Sequence record: MN850585.1
Source: Escherichia phage skuden
Length of the DNA: 64,000 nucleotides
Direction: 5' to 3' (one strand)
A model generated the notes under the pieces. It ran no database searches and had not been told where the DNA came from. It saw nothing but the letters and a program-made list of their open reading frames with translations. Below, one piece after another: positions 35,339 to 45,041 of the stretch; the first letter of the stretch is position 1, and the number at the start of each line of letters is the position of its first letter. Made by a program: the position numbers and the translations under genes.

Positions 35339-36468
35339 TTAAAGCAAAGACTTACCCAGACTTTAAAGAGTTTGTGAAGGGCTTCATTGCAAACGTAAAA
35401 GCTGGTAAGAGATATGATTTTAGAGCATATCAAGAGGCTATTTTACCGCTTACCTATAGTTCGTATTGGCCTGAAGCTGATATTGCAGAAGTTGAGGAGT
35501 TTGACTACAAACCAGACTACAAAGTTCCATTTAGTGATGAGTTGCTTTACAGCATTGGTGCTCAAATGAGAACTTCTGACTTCTTCATGGACTTACAATA
35601 TGCAATTATCAATGGTAAAGATGTTGATACAATTTATTGTGAATGGCTGGCAAGAGTTAAACCATTCTCAATGTTGAATGCTAAGTTGAAGGATGCTATC
35701 AAGCCGCCAGCAATCACTCAGCAGCCAACCAATCAAACAGTAAATGAAGGTGGTACGCTTACCCTAAGTGTTGTTGCAACGAATGCCACTGGATATCAAT
35801 GGAAAAAGGATGGTGAGGATATCACTAGCGCCACATCTGCAACCTACACAAAACAGTCTGTATTACCTTCTGATGCAGGTTCATACACTTGTGTTGTATC
35901 TGGAGAGGCTGGGACAAGTGTTACCTCAGATGCGGCAACAGTTACTGTTAATGCACTGCCTGTGATTACACAGCAGCCTTCTGGTCAGACCGTCAATGAG
36001 GGTGGAAACATCAACTTGGAAGTGACTGCAACAGGTGCAACAGGTTACCAATGGAAGAAAGATGGCTCTGACATTCCTTCAGCTACAAATGCTACCTATA
36101 GCAAGTCTGGTGCGCTGCCAGCAGATGCAGGTTCATACACTTGCGTTGTAACAGGTGCGGGTGGTGCAGTGACATCTAATGCTGCTGTAGTAACTGTGAA
36201 CGCACTTCCAGTAATCACTCAACAGCCAACCAATCAAGAAATCACTGAAGGTGAGACCTTAACGCTGAATGTTGCGGCAACAGGTGCGACAGGTTACCAG
36301 TGGAAGAAAGGTGAGGAAGACATCCTCGATGCAACTACTGCAACTTACACCAAAGAAGGTGCAACTGCTGCTGATGCAGGAAGCTATACATGTGTAGTTA
36401 CTGGCGCAGGTGGCTCTGTAACATCTAATGCAGCAACAGTTACTGTTAACCCAGCAGGGGAGGCATAA
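35335..36468 (+). CDS. protein with three tandem Ig-like domains
   Basis: 377 aa; three ~83-aa repeats P(V/A)ITQQP(S/T)(G/N)QTVNEGG...ATGYQWKKDG...(D/S)AGSYTCVV(T/S)G..G..TS(N/D)AA(T/V)VTVNA with the Ig Y-x-C signature. Confidence 0.55.
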   Translation: MIKAKTYPDFKEFVKGFIANVKAGKRYDFRAYQEAILPLTYSSYWPEADIAEVEEFDYKPDYKVPFSDELLYSIGAQMRTSDFFMDLQYAIINGKDVDTIYCEWLARVKPFSMLNAKLKDAIKPPAITQQPTNQTVNEGGTLTLSVVATNATGYQWKKDGEDITSATSATYTKQSVLPSDAGSYTCVVSGEAGTSVTSDAATVTVNALPVITQQPSGQTVNEGGNINLEVTATGATGYQWKKDGSDIPSATNATYSKSGALPADAGSYTCVVTGAGGAVTSNAAVVTVNALPVITQQPTNQEITEGETLTLNVAATGATGYQWKKGEEDILDATTATYTKEGATAADAGSYTCVVTGAGGSVTSNAATVTVNPAGEA

Positions 36469-36932
36469 TGCAACTCTCAAGAAAAGGTTTAGAAGCTATT
36501 AAGTTCTTTGAAGGTCTTAAACTAGAGGCTTACGAAGATTCTGCTGGAATCCCTACAATTGGGTATGGGACAATCCGTATTGCTGGTAAACCTGTTAAGA
36601 TGGGTATGAAGATTACCGCTGAACAAGCTGAACAGTATCTTCTCGCAGATGTTGAAAAGTTCGTTGCAGCAGTGAACAAATCCATCAAGGTTCCAACTTC
36701 CCAGAATGAGTTTGACGCACTTGTAAGTGAAACATACAACATTGGCATCACAGCTATGCAAGACTCTACATTTATCAAGCGCCACAACGATGGTAATAAG
36801 GTCGGTTGTGCAGAAGCTATGCAGTGGTGGAACAAGGTTACAGTCAAAGGTAAGAAGGTCACTTCAAACGGCCTGAAAAACAGACGTAGAATGGAAGCTG
36901 ACATTTATCTTGACAGTGTATATCCAAAGTAA
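36468..36932 (+). CDS. endolysin, phage lysozyme (GH24 family)
   Basis: 154 aa; GLEAIKFFEGLKLEAYEDSAGIPTIGYGT matches GH24 lysozyme N-terminus; ATG overlaps upstream stop. Confidence 0.8.
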   Translation: MQLSRKGLEAIKFFEGLKLEAYEDSAGIPTIGYGTIRIAGKPVKMGMKITAEQAEQYLLADVEKFVAAVNKSIKVPTSQNEFDALVSETYNIGITAMQDSTFIKRHNDGNKVGCAEAMQWWNKVTVKGKKVTSNGLKNRRRMEADIYLDSVYPK

Positions 36933-36942
36933 TATCTTCATA

Positions 36943-36969
36943 GGCTCCTTCGGGAGCCTTTTTATTTTT
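36943..36969 (+). terminator. rho-independent terminator
   Basis: GGCTCC-TTCG-GGAGCC followed by TTTTTATTTTT. Confidence 0.7.
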
Positions 36970-36983
36970 CTAAGGAGAAAACT

Positions 36984-37382
36984 ATGAGACTTTGGGCTAG
37001 TGACTTTGGAACTTTTAAGTACACTCGTAATGGCTCGCTTGTACGCATTGTCGGGAACAATGTGGTTTCAAGAGGTGACAAGGTATATACACGGTTTACT
37101 GTAGAGCTTGTTGAGCTGTCACCTATTGAGTCTGTGAACAATGGCCTGTTCAAGTTTGAGACTTACAATGTCAACGAACATGGACAATTCAACCCTCTTG
37201 GTGAAAGTGGACTTGATATTATTTCAGAGCACCCATTGACAAAAGAGCAACTCGCAAGTTATTATAAAACTGTTCTGGAAAGGCAGTTAGCAACACATGA
37301 ACAAGAAGCTAACTATCATTTACAACATTGCGAAGCTTTAAGAGCAAAAATCGAACAAGCAGAGAGAGGTTTTTATGAATAA
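36984..37382 (+). CDS. hypothetical protein
   Basis: 132-aa ORF with RBS AAGGAGAAAA upstream. Confidence 0.45.
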   Translation: MRLWASDFGTFKYTRNGSLVRIVGNNVVSRGDKVYTRFTVELVELSPIESVNNGLFKFETYNVNEHGQFNPLGESGLDIISEHPLTKEQLASYYKTVLERQLATHEQEANYHLQHCEALRAKIEQAERGFYE

Positions 37383-37770
37383 TATCAGTCAGATTAAAGT
37401 TAAAGTTGATGTTAGTCGTTACAGTGGAGATGAAGAATTAGACCTGCGAGATGCGATTCTCTATGAGAAGAATGGTAATCTGCATTTACATTTTGAAGGC
37501 ACAAACACATATCTACACAGATGTCGAGATGATGTAGATGGTTGTCCTGTTTTTGCTTGGTATAATTTAGAGTTTCCTCTTTATGCAATCCACTATCCAG
37601 ATGGTGGAGAAGACTGGACAACTCAATCAATCTTTGATGAGCTTAATGGTGTTCCAGTTGAGCAAGAAGAGCAAGAACCTGTTGAACTCACCTTCACTTT
37701 TATCAAAGAAGAGAAAGTAGGTGACTTGTCAGTAACTGAAGCAATTCAAGTCTCACAGGTTATTCGTTAA
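37375..37770 (+). CDS. hypothetical protein
   Basis: 131-aa ORF, translationally coupled. Confidence 0.45.
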   Translation: MNNISQIKVKVDVSRYSGDEELDLRDAILYEKNGNLHLHFEGTNTYLHRCRDDVDGCPVFAWYNLEFPLYAIHYPDGGEDWTTQSIFDELNGVPVEQEEQEPVELTFTFIKEEKVGDLSVTEAIQVSQVIR

Positions 37771-38063
37771 TGAGTAAAGTACAGGTTGTTTTCCCTATTT
37801 GTGACTTCTCACTAGAGCGTGAACTTGACCTGTACGAAGAAATTACTGACGAAATTATCTGGTCTGTTGTAGAAGAGGCTATCAAGAAGCTGTATGGTGG
37901 CCTCTTAAACCCATCAAGTAAGAAGTTAAGCACTAAACAAGTAGCTGACACATATACTTCTTATGATGCCTACAACAAACCTTTTGAAAATACCTGCTTT
38001 GACCTTATGGTAGGTAATAACAAAGTCAACTATTTCTTCGTCAGAGAGTTTAACGATGAGTAA
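37770..38063 (+). CDS. hypothetical protein
   Basis: 97-aa ORF. Confidence 0.4.
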   Translation: MSKVQVVFPICDFSLERELDLYEEITDEIIWSVVEEAIKKLYGGLLNPSSKKLSTKQVADTYTSYDAYNKPFENTCFDLMVGNNKVNYFFVREFNDE

Positions 38064-38400
38064 GCTCCATGTCACAGTATACAAAAACTTCTCAGATATC
38101 AAAGAGTCTTTAACAAATAAGCTTGACTTACAACGTAAAAGACTCTTTTTAATGTACGACATAGACAACTACAACCATCCTAAAGAGTTTAACTACAAAG
38201 ATGGTACAAAGGTTGTCGAATTTGAAGATTCTGTGACGGTGTATGTCAAGCATGACTTACCAGCAAAGTACATAGGGATGTTAGAGTATTACATATTCAA
38301 ACATACAGGTATGCGTGGTGAAGCTGTCAAGATATCTTCTATAGAAGTTTTTGAGAAACCTAACACACAACTTAAAAAGTATTTAATGAGGAAACTGTAA
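38056..38400 (+). CDS. hypothetical protein
   Basis: 114-aa ORF. Confidence 0.4.
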   Translation: MSKLHVTVYKNFSDIKESLTNKLDLQRKRLFLMYDIDNYNHPKEFNYKDGTKVVEFEDSVTVYVKHDLPAKYIGMLEYYIFKHTGMRGEAVKISSIEVFEKPNTQLKKYLMRKL

Positions 38401-38981
38401 TGTCCGAAGAGCAACAGGATATCATTCCACAAGTAACACTTGTACAACACTTTGGAAATATTGAAGGGTGTGTTGCACTTTTTCAACCAAGCATCAACTC
38501 TCCTGCAAAAGTTTGCAAGCTGACTATGAATGTTAACAACATCAGTGTTTGCCTTGTTGATGAAGTTCAGTACTTCAAGTTTAATGACAGAGAGGTTGAT
38601 GCTGCACTATTGAAGTACCGAGCAAACCTAGAAAAAGACATCGACCACAAAGAACTTGTAACACTGTTTGGTGACCTTCACAAACTTCTTGAAAAAGTTA
38701 TGAAGCGCACATATTACATGAACAATGGTTCAATCATCACCACTTTGATTTCACCATGTATTTCAGAGCCAATTTTAACTGATGACGGTGGATACTACGT
38801 GGTAGCATCAGCAGATTCTGATTGGTGGATGAAGAACACAGCACTTAAAACAGTGATTGAGGCTATCCGTGAACACATTCCTTCATTCAGCCCGTGGAAA
38901 GGTAAAAATGATGATTTTATCGCACTATTGAGTGAAGAGAGTAACAAGCGCAGTGCATTACTGCCTAAAAAATACTCTTGA
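38400..38981 (+). CDS. hypothetical protein
   Basis: 193-aa ORF. Confidence 0.45.
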   Translation: MSEEQQDIIPQVTLVQHFGNIEGCVALFQPSINSPAKVCKLTMNVNNISVCLVDEVQYFKFNDREVDAALLKYRANLEKDIDHKELVTLFGDLHKLLEKVMKRTYYMNNGSIITTLISPCISEPILTDDGGYYVVASADSDWWMKNTALKTVIEAIREHIPSFSPWKGKNDDFIALLSEESNKRSALLPKKYS

Positions 38982-39064
38982 CCGAGTATACAAAACTGAT
39001 TATGATGGGAGCTATCGAGAGGTAGTTCCCTTTTTAGTTTCTAGATAAGAGACATGGTAAAAGA

Positions 39065-39283
39065 ATGAAAAAGTTAACTACAGTTGAAGATTACTACAAA
39101 CTTTCCCTGTTAGAACAGTATCGTAGAAGCCAGAATATCAGAAAATGCTATGGTAAACACGCTGAAGGTGACTTTTACCGTTGCTACGATGCAGATTTAA
39201 AAGGCGTAACACCTAGAGGGAAAGTCCTGCAAAGACTTGTTGACCTTGAATGGAACAAACGATTGAGAGGGGTTGGAAAATGA
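39065..39283 (+). CDS. hypothetical protein
   Basis: 72-aa ORF. Confidence 0.4.
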   Translation: MKKLTTVEDYYKLSLLEQYRRSQNIRKCYGKHAEGDFYRCYDADLKGVTPRGKVLQRLVDLEWNKRLRGVGK

Positions 39284-39783
39284 TTTACGAAGAAAGATAC
39301 AAAATAGATTACCAGAAGACTGGTCATCATGTCTCCCTAAGAGTAACCAAACCAAATGGAGATACCGGTATCATAGCACATTTTGGTGGTGATTACTGGT
39401 ACGGTACAGGATGCTTTGAAGGTTACAATCAAGAATACTTGAAAGCTTTCTACAGAGACTTTACAAATGACTACAATAGGGTTGTTGATGAAAAGAATAA
39501 GTGCATTAAGCATGAACACCGTGCCAGAGGCTGCCTAAGTATTGCTATGGTACTGGCGTTCTTCTTAGCAATGTTACTGACAGTATCAGCAATTAGCTGC
39601 ATAGCTCAAGACTTGACCATTACACAGATTACTGCAAAGGTACATGATGTTTGGTACTTGTATGCTGTTCCTTTAGCTGGTATCATCATCTCACTAATGA
39701 GGTTCAGAGTTCATAAGAAACGACTTAAGGACTCTGAGGTTAAACTTGAAGAGGTAAGTAAAGAATGCAACCTACAATTATAG
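39280..39783 (+). CDS. membrane protein (two C-terminal TM helices)
   Basis: start MIYEE at 39280 overlaps upstream stop (ATGA); hydrophobic segments LSIAMVLAFFLAMLLTVSAI and AVPLAGIIISLM. Confidence 0.45.
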   Translation: MIYEERYKIDYQKTGHHVSLRVTKPNGDTGIIAHFGGDYWYGTGCFEGYNQEYLKAFYRDFTNDYNRVVDEKNKCIKHEHRARGCLSIAMVLAFFLAMLLTVSAISCIAQDLTITQITAKVHDVWYLYAVPLAGIIISLMRFRVHKKRLKDSEVKLEEVSKECNLQL

Positions 39784-39859
39784 CTGTATGTGTTCGTTTT
39801 GCAATCGCTGAAATGATTAACAAGGCAATCTTAAAAGATGCCTATGGAGAGACTAAGTA

Positions 39860-40084
39860 ATGATTAAGACACCTGTACCAATTTTTGGATTTCCTTCTAT
39901 AGAAGAGTTTAAAGTTTATCTTGACAAAAACTTCTACAACGAGCAGCCTGTTACTTTGCTGAAGAGTGACTTATCAGAGCTTCTTGATATGGTTATTAAG
40001 GCAACTCCTGAGAAGGAACCTGAACAGAAAGCTGAGAAGAAGACTAGTAAGAAATCCGATAAGAAGACTGAAAAGTCTGAGTAA
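39860..40084 (+). CDS. hypothetical protein with Lys/Glu-rich tail
   Basis: 74-aa ORF. Confidence 0.4.
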   Translation: MIKTPVPIFGFPSIEEFKVYLDKNFYNEQPVTLLKSDLSELLDMVIKATPEKEPEQKAEKKTSKKSDKKTEKSE

Positions 40085-40135
40085 TAACTTAGGGGTTACT
40101 TGATAGCCCCTTTGTAGAGCTTAGAAGGTAGCGAA

Positions 40136-40600
40136 ATGAAAATTAAAGAAGTCGTTCAAAAAGCAATGCTTGACAACTCAACTAAAGATGAAATGTACAA
40201 AGAGATTTGTGATAAGTTGAATTGTTCAAGACATGCTGCTAAGGCTCTTGTACATTGCTTTATCTGGGAATGCTCAGAAGCTTATATGCAATATGTAGCT
40301 TTTGAAAGTTCTCACTTACTAGGTGATGTAGAAGTTGGTGAGAAACTAAAAGAACCTGAGATGAAAACAGTTCCTAAAGTTGGTAATGTATACCCTCTTA
40401 AAGATTTCAAGACTGGAAAGATTGTTGCAAAAGGTGTAGTAGAATCTGTCTACCATGATGGTAAATACTTACTTAAAATATTTGAGTATGACAGCCACTA
40501 TAAGCACTTATGTGGGATTACATTCTTAGTAACAGAAGAAGACCTTATTAAGAACAACAGCAACAAGTTTGCAGTACCAGCCTACCAAGTTTTACGATAA
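40136..40600 (+). CDS. hypothetical protein
   Basis: 154-aa ORF. Confidence 0.45.
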   Translation: MKIKEVVQKAMLDNSTKDEMYKEICDKLNCSRHAAKALVHCFIWECSEAYMQYVAFESSHLLGDVEVGEKLKEPEMKTVPKVGNVYPLKDFKTGKIVAKGVVESVYHDGKYLLKIFEYDSHYKHLCGITFLVTEEDLIKNNSNKFAVPAYQVLR

Positions 40601-40613
40601 TGGTGTGATAGCT

Positions 40614-41162
40614 ATGGAAAAAGATAACTTAAAAGAAGTTGAAGGTAACTACCTAGTACTTGATTGGAATGATATTCGGGAAGCACTATCCGAAGAAAGC
40701 CTTGACCTGCTAGAGCAACTTATCTTCTCAGTACGCCATACCAGAGGTATTGTAAACGGTAAAGAGCCACTTGAAGGAATCTTTGTAGAGAAGTCTTATC
40801 CGTTCTATGAAGACACCTTGCAGAAAGTTAAAATGTACTTTAAACAGAAGAACCGTAAAGTGGTCACGATGGTATCTCTTGGTGGGCAGAGTATGTCTGT
40901 GATGGAAGATATCAACCCTAAGAGACCGAGTAAAGGTGTCTGTATAAAAATCACAGGTCATGAAGAGTATATCTCAGCAAGTGATTTTAGTGTATTCTGT
41001 AATGGTTCTGCTGTCTTTAATGGGTTTCACTATGATATCCGAGTGTATCCAATCAAGGGAGATGATATCATGATGCAGATATTTGATAACAACAATGGAT
41101 TCACTCATTTTTATCAGACAACTAAGTCATCACTAAAAGCAGTTTTAGAAAATCTGATTTAG
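40614..41162 (+). CDS. hypothetical protein
   Basis: track ORF 40569..41162; likely start MEKDN at 40614 after upstream stop at 40600. Confidence 0.45.
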   Translation: MEKDNLKEVEGNYLVLDWNDIREALSEESLDLLEQLIFSVRHTRGIVNGKEPLEGIFVEKSYPFYEDTLQKVKMYFKQKNRKVVTMVSLGGQSMSVMEDINPKRPSKGVCIKITGHEEYISASDFSVFCNGSAVFNGFHYDIRVYPIKGDDIMMQIFDNNNGFTHFYQTTKSSLKAVLENLI

Positions 41163-41173
41163 AATATCTTAAG

Positions 41174-41198
41174 AGCCTCCTTAATTGGGGGCTTTTTA
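41174..41198 (+). terminator. rho-independent terminator ending the plus-strand gene block
   Basis: AGCCTCC-TTAATT-GGGGGCT (7 bp incl. one G-U) followed by TTTTTAATTTTT. Confidence 0.65.
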
Positions 41199-41269
41199 AT
41201 TTTTATAAAATTTTATCGGTTATCCCAACCTCTGGGTCACCATCATATGTGAACAAAATATCTATCCTT

Positions 41270-42370
41270 CTTAACAATCTTCTTAATCTTACTCTCTATA
41301 TAGTTATATAGTACTATATAGTATCTTAGCATCTATCTAGTGGTCTTAATAGCCCCTCTGTATAACCCTTCTAACTAGCCCTCTAACAAGCCTTCTAAAC
41401 ATTCTTCTAACAAGCCTTCTTAACAACCTATACAATCACCTTAACCATCTCTCTATACCCTCTTAGAAGCTCCTATACACCTCTTAATCTCTAGGTTAGC
41501 TATGATACCCTCTATAGGTGTTCACTAGGTACTACTAAGCCTCTATATAGACTGTTTTAACAAACTTAACAGGAATATCTTTACAGACCTTATCTCACAA
41601 GGTCTAACACGGTACTAACAAGGTATCTTATAAGCCTGTTTATGCCTGTATTTTTAAAAGACTGTCTAGGTAATTATTCAGAATTTTAAAATTTTTATAA
41701 AATAGGACTATCAAGTCATTTTTTAGGGTCTTTGAAGGAACTCAAAAATATCTGATTAGGATGTATATCTGCTTGGTAGCCCTTAACAGCTCCTTAACAC
41801 CCCCTTTGCAAAATTTTAAAATATCCTTAACAATCTCTTAACAGCTTTCACATCTTCTTAACAACTCTTCAAAGGCCTTAACAGTTTCTTAACAGAACTA
41901 ACAAGGTTGTAACAGTTTTCTAACAAGTGCTGAATAGTCTTTACAGATGCTTAACAGATGGCTAACAAGAGCTAACAAGTTAATTTTAAAGAGTTATTTT
42001 GTTAAGATAATTAACAAGTTCCTAACAAGTATTTAATCTTTTTAACAAGCTATTAACATGGTCACAGTGGTTGGTTACAAACACAACTTCTCTTTTCTTA
42101 TCATTCCCTTTCCTTTCTTAGTGACCTTTTAAATAGCCCTTTTAAAAGCTTTCTATAGCTCCTTGTAAGCCCTTTTTAGTACCTCCCTAGTAATTACACC
42201 CCAACTATACAGACACCTATTTATAAGGCTTTACAGGAGCTTTAAAGGTTATGTCAAAGACTCTTACAAAGCTTTTACGTGGTTTTAACAGAGATTTAAC
42301 AAGGGGCTAACAAGTTGCTAACAAGTGCCTTAAAAGCATAACTATGTAGGGATTGTTAAGAATTTGTTAA
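41270..42370. repeat. dense array of short direct repeats (C)TTAACA(A/G) / CTAACAAG in ORF-free DNA
   Basis: more than 35 copies at irregular 8-25 bp spacing by eye; no ORF of 60 aa or more on either strand across 41163..42914. Confidence 0.7.
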
Positions 42371-42379
42371 GAAAATGTT

Positions 42380-42900
42380 AAGGGGGCTAGCATTTACGTA
42401 ACTTTATAGCCTCTTTTACGTAACTTTTAAGCTACTTCAAAGTAACTTTATAGCCCCTATAACATACTTTTTAGTGACTATCAAGGGGGTTGTTTAGTTA
42501 TTCACAAGAATACTAATGAGATGATAAAGCTTACACCCTTATAAGATTCTTTTAAGGCTCTGGGAAGCTTTATAAAGGGCTTTTAAGGGTGAGGTAATGC
42601 AATCCCTTAAGTTAGGTTGATAAGGCTGTTATAGGGCGTTATAGAGCGTTTAAGGGGTTGCCCTTCCCTTTCGGGTTATGGGCTTTTATTTAAGTTGATT
42701 TGATAAGAGGTTATAGAGTAGACTATAGAGTTATTGTTTTTAAGGTATGAGATAGGTTCTATCGAATCAGTGGGAAGATTCTGGAAAGGAAAGGGAAAGG
42801 GTTGTATAAGGAATTTGATAGGACGTAAAAAAGCCCCTATGAGATAGATTCTATTGAATCCATATATAAAGGGGCTGTAAAGGTATCTGGGGCTATTTAG
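42380..42900. repeat. second repeat-rich non-coding segment (TTATAG(C/A)G, AAGGG(G), GGGCTT motifs)
   Basis: clusters such as GTTATAGGGCGTTATAGAGCG and GAAAGGAAAGGGAAAGGG; ORF-free. Confidence 0.5.
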
Positions 42901-42914
42901 CCCCGTTGCGTCGA

Positions 42915-43163
42915 TTAGTTAGTGCCTTCTTTGTCGTAGTACAGGGAGACGATTTTTTCACCCCAATAGTGATATGAATAGCCCTCTTTGAGAACTTCCT
43001 GTTTTGTTTCTTTCCAGAACTCATCTGAAGGATTATAGTCTTTGATGGTCTGACTGATAAGAACTTTCACCATTTCAAAGGCGTTATCAGTACCCACAAG
43101 GTCGAATTTAACATCCAGAGAGTAGAAGCCAAATTCGTTAACAGTTGCGCGGATAGTTGCCAT
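42915..43163 (-). CDS. small hypothetical protein (cassette-array gene 1)
   Basis: 82 aa; conserved upstream cassette with RBS AGGAGACTCTAAA-ATG. Confidence 0.5.
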   Translation of the reverse strand: MATIRATVNEFGFYSLDVKFDLVGTDNAFEMVKVLISQTIKDYNPSDEFWKETKQEVLKEGYSYHYWGEKIVSLYYDKEGTN

Positions 43164-43228
43164 TTTAGAGTCTCCTAGTTTAAGGACTTTACTTAGTGGG
43201 GAGGTTATCCCTCCCGTTGATTAGTAAT
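43164..43228 (-). repeat. intergenic cassette family A (GC hairpin GGGAGG-TTAT-CCTCCC + conserved RBS)
   Basis: near-identical to copies at 43493, 44089, 44654, 45874, 46922. Confidence 0.65.
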
Positions 43229-43492
43229 TTACTGCATGTTGGCGTATGTTGCAAGCCTTTTTTCGTTGTATTTTGTAAGAATCTCACAAGATAAAACATC
43301 ATATTTTGTAATAGCGTTGCCTTTTTCGAGGTCAAAGAATCCAAACGTTTTACCATCTTTGAATCCGACAACTTCGTAAGACTCTTTGATGATTTCACCA
43401 TTGAACAAATCACTTTCGATGCGGTGAATTAATGCTACGTTTTCTTTGTCGGTTGCAATTTGTAAAAGTTTGGTTAATTCTACGTTTTCCAT
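43229..43492 (-). CDS. small hypothetical protein (cassette-array gene 2)
   Basis: 87 aa. Confidence 0.5.
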   Translation of the reverse strand: MENVELTKLLQIATDKENVALIHRIESDLFNGEIIKESYEVVGFKDGKTFGFFDLEKGNAITKYDVLSCEILTKYNEKRLATYANMQ

Positions 43493-43557
43493 CTTGATGC
43501 CCCTAGTTTAAGGATTTTATTGAGTGGGGGAGGTCATCCCCCCCGTTGATTGACAAT
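43493..43557 (-). repeat. intergenic cassette family A copy
   Basis: GTGGGGGAGGTCATCCCCCCCGTTGATTGACAATTTACAG. Confidence 0.65.
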
Positions 43558-44088
43558 TTACAGATTTTTGATTGTCTCGTCAATATCTTTTTCAATATCT
43601 CTCAAAGTTTTTTCTAAGTTCTGGATATTGAAAGATAAACCTTCTCCCAGTGTCTTAGAGTAACCGCTAGGACGTGAGTCATAGAGTTCGATTTCTTCCA
43701 CTTCGAAGAGACTAACCAAATCACCGCTTACATTGTAAGCCATTGAAACAGTATTTACAGGGGCTTTATAGAACTTGTTTAAAAACTTGATAGAACGCTC
43801 GTAAGCCATTTTATAACTGTTTAAAAGGCTTTTAACGTGTTTGTGAACGTTTTTACACTCATCTAAGTAAAGCCCTAAAAACATCGGGAGAAGTTCCGCG
43901 ACAGCTTGCATAAAGTGAGAGACTGCAACGGTTGCAACATTACGACGATGAACGTAATAAGCCCCGTTTTCTGATTTGGTGATGGTTGCGAAGTGTACCC
44001 CATTGCAGCGAAATTCATAGGTATCTTTAACAGGCTTAGACATTACAGCACTTGAACGAATGTAATTGATAGCTTTGAACTTGTTCAT
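43558..44088 (-). CDS. hypothetical protein (cassette-array gene 3)
   Basis: 176 aa. Confidence 0.5.
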   Translation of the reverse strand: MNKFKAINYIRSSAVMSKPVKDTYEFRCNGVHFATITKSENGAYYVHRRNVATVAVSHFMQAVAELLPMFLGLYLDECKNVHKHVKSLLNSYKMAYERSIKFLNKFYKAPVNTVSMAYNVSGDLVSLFEVEEIELYDSRPSGYSKTLGEGLSFNIQNLEKTLRDIEKDIDETIKNL

Positions 44089-44165
44089 TTTTGAATCTCC
44101 TAGTTTAAGGATTTTACTTAGTGGGGAAGGTCATTACCTCCCGTTGATTAGTAATTTACTTGTTT
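44089..44165 (-). repeat. intergenic cassette family A copy
   Basis: TTTTTGAATCTCCTAGTTTAAGG...GTGGGGAAGGTCATTACCTCCCGTTGATTAGTAATTTAC. Confidence 0.65.
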
Positions 44166-44311
44166 TGATATCTGATTGCAAGCAATTTTTTTAGTTTATC
44201 TTTAAAGAAATCTTTTAAGTGAATCCCTTTAAGATAAACCCCCTCGAACAAAGTTACCAATGTCAAGAGGGATTGTCAACACTTTTTTAAAAGTTTTTTG
44301 TAAGTTGTTGA

Positions 44312-44653
44312 TTAACTGATGAATATTTTTTCAGGTTTTACATAGCTGATACGTTGGTTTTTTAGCAGGTCATCCCAGACTAATGCGGCGATATGGGAAT
44401 AACCGGATTCACGTAATAACTTCATCGTTTTACATCTCGTTTCAAATCGGGTTGCATAGAACTCGCTGTTTAAAGTCGTTTTCTTCCCTTCGTTGTCTGT
44501 ATGGATAATCTGCATCACTTGGAAGGGGCTTGTTTCCTCACCTTTATTCCATTGCTCAAAGTATTTTAGGCACTGCATAGGTGTCATCTTGTCACTTACT
44601 TGAGTTGACCAAGATGAATCCGGTTTATTGGTAATTACAGTTACGTGAGCCAT
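44312..44653 (-). CDS. hypothetical protein (cassette-array gene 4)
   Basis: 113 aa. Confidence 0.5.
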   Translation of the reverse strand: MAHVTVITNKPDSSWSTQVSDKMTPMQCLKYFEQWNKGEETSPFQVMQIIHTDNEGKKTTLNSEFYATRFETRCKTMKLLRESGYSHIAALVWDDLLKNQRISYVKPEKIFIS

Positions 44654-44725
44654 TTTTGAATCTCCTAGTTTAAGGGCTTTTATGTAGTGGGGAGGTCATC
44701 CCCCCGTTGATTGACAATTTACAGA
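44654..44725 (-). repeat. intergenic cassette family A copy
   Basis: same hairpin and RBS context. Confidence 0.65.
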
Positions 44726-44741
44726 CTTTTATCAGGCTTGT

Positions 44742-44975
44742 CTAGTCTTTTTCTATGATAATTTCATATTGACCATCAACACTGTCAAAATAGATTCCGT
44801 CGTTGTCTTCTGTCTTAAAGTAACACTGAATGTCATCACTGGCGGGGTAGTCTTGTCTTGCTATCTGACAGACCTGAATGGCATTTTCTTTACTTCCTGT
44901 AAACTCGCCAAGCCCTTTAAAATCGCATGAATGGCCATTACAAATTGAGAGGATGAGATAAACGGTTGTGAGCAT
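44742..44975 (-). CDS. small hypothetical protein (cassette-array gene 5)
   Basis: 77 aa. Confidence 0.5.
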   Translation of the reverse strand: MLTTVYLILSICNGHSCDFKGLGEFTGSKENAIQVCQIARQDYPASDDIQCYFKTEDNDGIYFDSVDGQYEIIIEKD

Positions 44976-44988
44976 GATTTAAGCCTCC

Positions 44989-45008
44989 TAAAAGCCCCTA
45001 CAAGGGGC
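44989..45008 (-). terminator. hairpin terminator overlapping RBS of gene 44742..44975
   Basis: minus-strand RNA GCCCC-TTGTA-GGGGC then TTTTAGGAGG. Confidence 0.45.
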
Positions 45009-45041
45009 TGAATAGTGTTTATAAGGTGATTGTATGGGTTT

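Noticed and set aside
41270-42370. Possible CRISPR array
   Set aside because: The repeats are only about 7-8 bp with irregular spacing and no uniform spacers, unlike the 24-48 bp direct repeats of CRISPR; no cas genes nearby.
43189-43413. 74-aa minus-strand ORF overlapping 43229..43492 in another frame (similarly 59572..59754, 36522..36904, 37412..37630)
   Set aside because: Alternative-frame overlaps with better-supported genes that have conserved RBS contexts or recognisable products.
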